This document shows positions 60,547-64,000 of a stretch of DNA of 64,000 bases, piece after piece (position 1 is the stretch's first letter; each line of letters starts with the position of its first letter). This DNA is from Bacillota bacterium (GTDB taxonomy: Bacteria; Bacillota; Sulfobacillia; JABLXB01): NCBI GenBank assembly GCA_013178305.1, contig JABLXB010000005.1, positions 128,946 to 192,945 of the forward strand, read 5' to 3'. A program made the translations under genes and the position numbers. The notes below the pieces were generated by a model that did no database searches, was not told the DNA's origin, and worked only from the letters and a program-made list of their open reading frames with translations.

Positions 60547-61917
60547 ATGGGAGACAACGGCTCGCTACCAGGGTGGTCGTTTCAAGAGATCCTCGGGCGG
60601 TCGCGCGAGGGAGCAGTACTCGCAGCAAAGCGGGCGGGCAGCATCGCCGGGGCCTGGGGTAAGACGGCCCTGGATTTACTCTCGACCGTGAGGTCCTCGC
60701 AGTTCGTGGTTTCGTGGACCCGCGACATCGAACGCAGGGTTACGCGGTCGCGCGCCGGCCCTCCTCTTGAGGCATTCCTCGCACGGCTGGATGGAGCGGC
60801 TGCCTGGGTGGAGCCGAGAATTCGAGCCGCCCGGTTGTGGCTTGCGTCGCGAACCCGCGAGGAGAAGGCGGCAATCGCCGCGGCGGCGCTTGCGGTCCTT
60901 TTCCTCGGCCTGAGACTCAGCGAACTCCCGCTTGCCGGCGTCACTCCCGCCCAGCGCCTCGAGGTGGCAGCCTATTTCGAGAACGGTTGGGGAGGGGCGT
61001 TCCCCAGCTCGTTCCCGTCCCTCAAGCGGCAGACAGGGCCGCGGGGGCGGACGGTCGACGTCATCTATCCCGTGTGGCACACAGTCATGCCCGATGGGAC
61101 CGTGGAGTCCGCGATGTCCACGGAAGTGCTGGCGTACTGCCGCGCGAACGGAATCGGCGTGGTGCCCGTGGTCACAAACATGAAGCTCCCCGCCGGGGAC
61201 AACTCGGGCGTGCTCAAGGACCGCAGGTCGATGGCCAGGGCGGTAGACGCCCTGGCGAGGCAGGTCGAGGAGCACGGGTACGACGGGCTGAATCTCTCGT
61301 TCGAACTCGTGTCGCCCGCGTACCGGAGGGCGCTGACAGCCCTCGCCACTGACCTCTCTGTGGCCATGAAGGACCGGGGCAGGGCCTTCCTCGTATCGGT
61401 GTTCCCCGACGTGGAGATGCCCCCGGAGATCAGCGGGGCTTACGACTACGACGCCCTCGGACGGGTCTCTGACGCGGTTGTGCTCATGGCGTACGACAGG
61501 CACTGGCCTCGGAGCGCCCCGGGGCCGGTAGCCCCGATCGAGTGGGTGGACAGGTGCGTGAGGCGAACGGCCCGCTCGATCCCGGTCTCGCGCCTCATCC
61601 TGGGCATCGGCTCGTACGGGTACGACTGGCCGTCCGTGCCGAGGGCGGGCAAGGCGGAGTACATCCCGACGCCCGCGGCGCTGCAAAGGGCCTCAGCTCA
61701 AGGGACCCCCGCCGCCTGGGACGCCGAAAACATGGAGGCCTTCTACAAGTACGAATGGGGCGGCCTCCCCAGGACGGTGAGGTTTCTCGACGGGGACGCG
61801 GTCAGGCTGCGAGCGGGGATCGCGCGGAAATACGGCCTGAGGGGAGTCGCGTTCTGGCGCCTGGGGTTTGAGGACCCGGCCGCGGGAGGCCAGATGCCTC
61901 TTTCCATCGCGCAATAA
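60547..61917 (+). CDS. glycoside hydrolase family 18 protein (YaaH/YdhD-like, membrane-anchored) with an atypical catalytic motif
   Basis: TIM-barrel GH18 region. The DGxDxDxE motif reads DGLNLSFE, with the Glu retained. A TM segment lies at about residue 100. Confidence 0.7.
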   Translation: MGDNGSLPGWSFQEILGRSREGAVLAAKRAGSIAGAWGKTALDLLSTVRSSQFVVSWTRDIERRVTRSRAGPPLEAFLARLDGAAAWVEPRIRAARLWLASRTREEKAAIAAAALAVLFLGLRLSELPLAGVTPAQRLEVAAYFENGWGGAFPSSFPSLKRQTGPRGRTVDVIYPVWHTVMPDGTVESAMSTEVLAYCRANGIGVVPVVTNMKLPAGDNSGVLKDRRSMARAVDALARQVEEHGYDGLNLSFELVSPAYRRALTALATDLSVAMKDRGRAFLVSVFPDVEMPPEISGAYDYDALGRVSDAVVLMAYDRHWPRSAPGPVAPIEWVDRCVRRTARSIPVSRLILGIGSYGYDWPSVPRAGKAEYIPTPAALQRASAQGTPAAWDAENMEAFYKYEWGGLPRTVRFLDGDAVRLRAGIARKYGLRGVAFWRLGFEDPAAGGQMPLSIAQ

Positions 61918-61994
61918 ACGGGCGACCGGCGCAGGACCGGGCAGGGAGCGGTCGCTGACGGGCCTGTCTAGGCCCTGAGCAGCGCATTTGGGGA

Positions 61995-62023
61995 CTGACA
62001 GATCTGGTCATTCCTTGTACAAT
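61995..62023 (+). promoter_or_regulatory. sigma-A-like promoter: -35 CTGACA, 17-bp spacer, -10 TACAAT, driving the riboswitch-amidase unit
   Basis: Read directly. Confidence 0.5.
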
Positions 62024-62029
62024 TGGGTG

Positions 62030-62165
62030 CACACGCTAAGACCGTAAGCCGAATCCCTTGAGGGTACGGGGGACGAATAGAGTGGGGTGAAGCCGCCGGC
62101 GGCCATACGCGGCGGCGGGCCTCTCCGGCCCAACCCGGCAACTAACCCCGGAGGCAAAGGAGGAA
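62030..62165 (+). ncRNA. probable c-di-AMP riboswitch (ydaO/kimA class, cis-regulatory)
   Basis: The blocks GCCGAAUCCC, GGUACGGGGGACGAAUAGAGUGGGGUGAAGCC and CCCAACCCGGCAACUAACCCCGGAGGCAAAGGAGG match the conserved pseudo-twofold core of the ydaO motif as I recall it from the B. subtilis ydaO leader and the Thermoanaerobacter crystal-structure RNA. The SD is embedded in the 3' conserved strand. No covariance-model search was run. Confidence 0.65.
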
Positions 62166-62169
62166 CGTG

Positions 62170-63054
62170 ATGAGGCGTGGCTCCCTGGTTGTAGTGCTTC
62201 TCCTGGTTACCCTTCTTGTGTCCACCGGAACCGCCCTTGCGGCCCCTTCGGCCGCCGCCGGACTTTGCTACGGCTCCTCGGGAAAAGACGTCCGTGAACT
62301 ACAGCGGCTGCTCAAGTCCATCGGCTTTGATCCCGGGTCCGCCGACGGGGTTTTCGGCGAGGACACGGAGAGGGCGGTCAGGTCGTTTCAGAAGGCCTCC
62401 GGCCTCGCAGTCGACGGGATAGTCGGCCCCGACACCGCGCGTGGGCTGGCCGACGCCGAGAAGCGTCTTACCGCGTCCCCGCTGGCCGGTAAGGTAATCG
62501 TCCTCGACCCGGGACACGGCGGGGCCAACCCGGGCGCCACCGGGGTGCTCGGGACGAGGGAGGCCGACCACGTACTCGCCATCGCGCTCGAACTCCAGCG
62601 GATGCTGGGGGAGATGGGCGCCAGGGTTATGATGACAAGGTGGAGTGACACTGAGGCTGCTCCGGTGGCCACGACGCGCGCGCAGGAGCTGAGCGCGAGG
62701 GCCGGTATGGCGAATTCATCGAGGGCCAGTGTTCTCGTGTCGATACACAGCAACGCCTACGAAAAGGACCCATCGGTCTCGGGCGTTATGGCGTTCCACG
62801 ACGGCGGAGGGGAAGACCAGCGGCTGGCGGCCGCGCTCCTCGCGGGGCTGGTGGCCGAGACGGGCCTGCGCTCCGTCGGCCTGGAGACAGCCGCGTTTCG
62901 CGTGCTCAAAGAATGCCAAGTCCCGTCGGCGCTCGTCGAGATCGGGTTCATGACAAACGCGCACGACGAGAAGCTACTGAACGAGGAGTCGTTCCGTAAA
63001 CAGGCGGCCCGCGGCATCCTGAAGGGGATCGTGGAGTTCCTGGGACGCTCCTAG
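62170..63054 (+). CDS. N-acetylmuramoyl-L-alanine amidase (Amidase_3) with an N-terminal signal peptide and PG_binding_1 domain (CwlD/CwlC-like)
   Basis: ATG 62170 seven nt after an AAGGAGGA SD. SP ...GTALAAPSAA. PG-binding repeat. VLDPGHGG...E...N Amidase_3 motifs. Confidence 0.85.
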   Translation: MRRGSLVVVLLLVTLLVSTGTALAAPSAAAGLCYGSSGKDVRELQRLLKSIGFDPGSADGVFGEDTERAVRSFQKASGLAVDGIVGPDTARGLADAEKRLTASPLAGKVIVLDPGHGGANPGATGVLGTREADHVLAIALELQRMLGEMGARVMMTRWSDTEAAPVATTRAQELSARAGMANSSRASVLVSIHSNAYEKDPSVSGVMAFHDGGGEDQRLAAALLAGLVAETGLRSVGLETAAFRVLKECQVPSALVEIGFMTNAHDEKLLNEESFRKQAARGILKGIVEFLGRS

Positions 63055-63092
63055 GGCGCGGCTTGCGGGCGACTGCGGCCCGGCCCGAACGC

Positions 63093-63121
63093 TTTACAGC
63101 GGCGGTCACGGATTGTATCAT
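63093..63121 (+). promoter_or_regulatory. sigma-A-like promoter of rimO: -35 TTTACA, 17-bp spacer, -10 TATCAT
   Basis: Read directly. Confidence 0.45.
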
Positions 63122-63248
63122 TGTGATGCGTGGGGGTGGCGAAAGCCGCCTCCTTCGACTGATCGGGGGCTGCGCTGCGCCGGTGCTCGCGGCGCCTGCC
63201 GCTGTCCCCGCGGGAGTGGGACTCCAGTTGCGGGAATCTGAAGGAAGA

Positions 63249-64000
63249 ATGGTCGGCCTTGTATCGCTGGGCTGCTCGAAGAACCTCGTGGACTCCGAAG
63301 CAATGCTGGGACGAATGGTGGCCGCGGGATTCCACATTACAAACGACCCCTCCGGGGCGGATGTTCTGATAGTGAACACGTGCGGCTTTATCACGGGCGC
63401 CAAGCGGGAGTCCATCGACGCAATACTCGAGATGGCCGCGTACAAGGACTCGGGCCGCTGCCGCGCCCTGGTGGTGGCGGGGTGCCTCGCCCAAAGGTAC
63501 CGCAACGACCTCATCGTGGAGGTCCCCGAGATAGATGCGATAATCGGCGTGCGCGAGGTGGATCGCATCGTCGAGGCAGTGGACCTCGCGCTGTCGGGGC
63601 GCAGGGTGGAGAACCTTCCGGAGTCTGCTGGCTCATCTGGCGATTCACCCGAATTCGACCCGGCAGCCGGCACGCCCCGGACGCGTCCCAGGGTGGGGCT
63701 CACACCCCAGTATACCGCCTACCTGCGGATAGCCGATGGCTGCTCCAATCGGTGCGCCTACTGCGCAATCCCGTCGATCAGGGGCGACCTGCGCTCGCGT
63801 CCGCTGCAGGAACTGATCTCGGAAGCGCGTGCCCTGGCCGAATCGGGTGTCAGGGAGCTGGTGGTAGTCGCACAGGACTGCACCGTGTACGGGCTCGACA
63901 TCTACGGAAAGCCATCGCTTCACGCCCTCATCCGCGAACTGGCGCGGACCGATGGGCTCGAGTGGGTGAGACTGATGTACTGCTACCCTTCCCGCGTCTC
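63249..64000 (+). CDS. rimO: ribosomal protein S12 methylthiotransferase RimO (3' end outside window)
   Basis: MTTase N-terminal domain (MVGLVSLGCSKNLVDSE) and radical-SAM CSNRCAYCAIP motif. Confidence 0.9.
   Translation, partial: MVGLVSLGCSKNLVDSEAMLGRMVAAGFHITNDPSGADVLIVNTCGFITGAKRESIDAILEMAAYKDSGRCRALVVAGCLAQRYRNDLIVEVPEIDAIIGVREVDRIVEAVDLALSGRRVENLPESAGSSGDSPEFDPAAGTPRTRPRVGLTPQYTAYLRIADGCSNRCAYCAIPSIRGDLRSRPLQELISEARALAESGVRELVVVAQDCTVYGLDIYGKPSLHALIRELARTDGLEWVRLMYCYPSRV

Noticed and set aside
1-64000. Search for CRISPR arrays, tRNA/rRNA genes, transposases, integrases, phage or defence-system genes
   Set aside because: No repeat-spacer periodicity, no tRNA-like cloverleaf candidates in the short intergenic regions, and no protein with transposase, integrase or restriction signatures was seen. 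The window looks like core chromosome.

Overview
This 64-kb window is high-GC (about 68-70%) chromosomal DNA from a spore-forming Firmicutes-like organism. Gene content and order resemble Symbiobacterium, Limnochordia or Thermaerobacter. Almost every gene is on the + strand, which suggests the leading strand. The window is core genome, syntenic with the Bacillus subtilis frr-uppS-cdsA-dxr-rseP ... rimP-nusA-ylxR-infB-ylxP-rbfA-truB-ribF-rpsO-pnp ... ymxG-dpaB-asd-dapG-dapA-rnj-tepA-ylzJ ... ftsK ... rodZ ... rimO region, with lineage-specific insertions. These are ispG-GT2-mgtC in place of proS-polC; a nucleoside salvage and uptake module (pdp-cdd plus a BMP-family ABC transporter, nupNOPQ-like); nfo and vanW; and a 20-kb block rich in cell-wall and cortex remodelling genes (uppP, L,D-transpeptidase, NlpC/P60, two DacB/DacF-type carboxypeptidases, PdaB-like deacetylase, GH18, Amidase_3, RodZ). 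I found no rRNA, tRNA, CRISPR array, transposase or integrase. The most notable non-coding element is a probable c-di-AMP (ydaO/kimA-class) riboswitch in the leader of the Amidase_3 gene. Other points worth a second look are: a mrfA-mrfB (yprA-yprB)-like helicase/exonuclease repair pair; dpaB without an adjacent dpaA, behind a sigma-A-like promoter and a long leader; a 490-bp unassigned region holding a Spo0E-like reading frame with no start codon; a ccdA gene whose only plausible start is CTG; a sigma-54-type activator with a degenerate GAFTGA motif abutting asnS; and several sigma-A-like promoters and rho-independent terminators. Many long antisense and alternate-frame ORFs in the six-frame track are high-GC artefacts and are rejected. 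Several start codons are ambiguous (GTG or TTG), and I give the most likely one.
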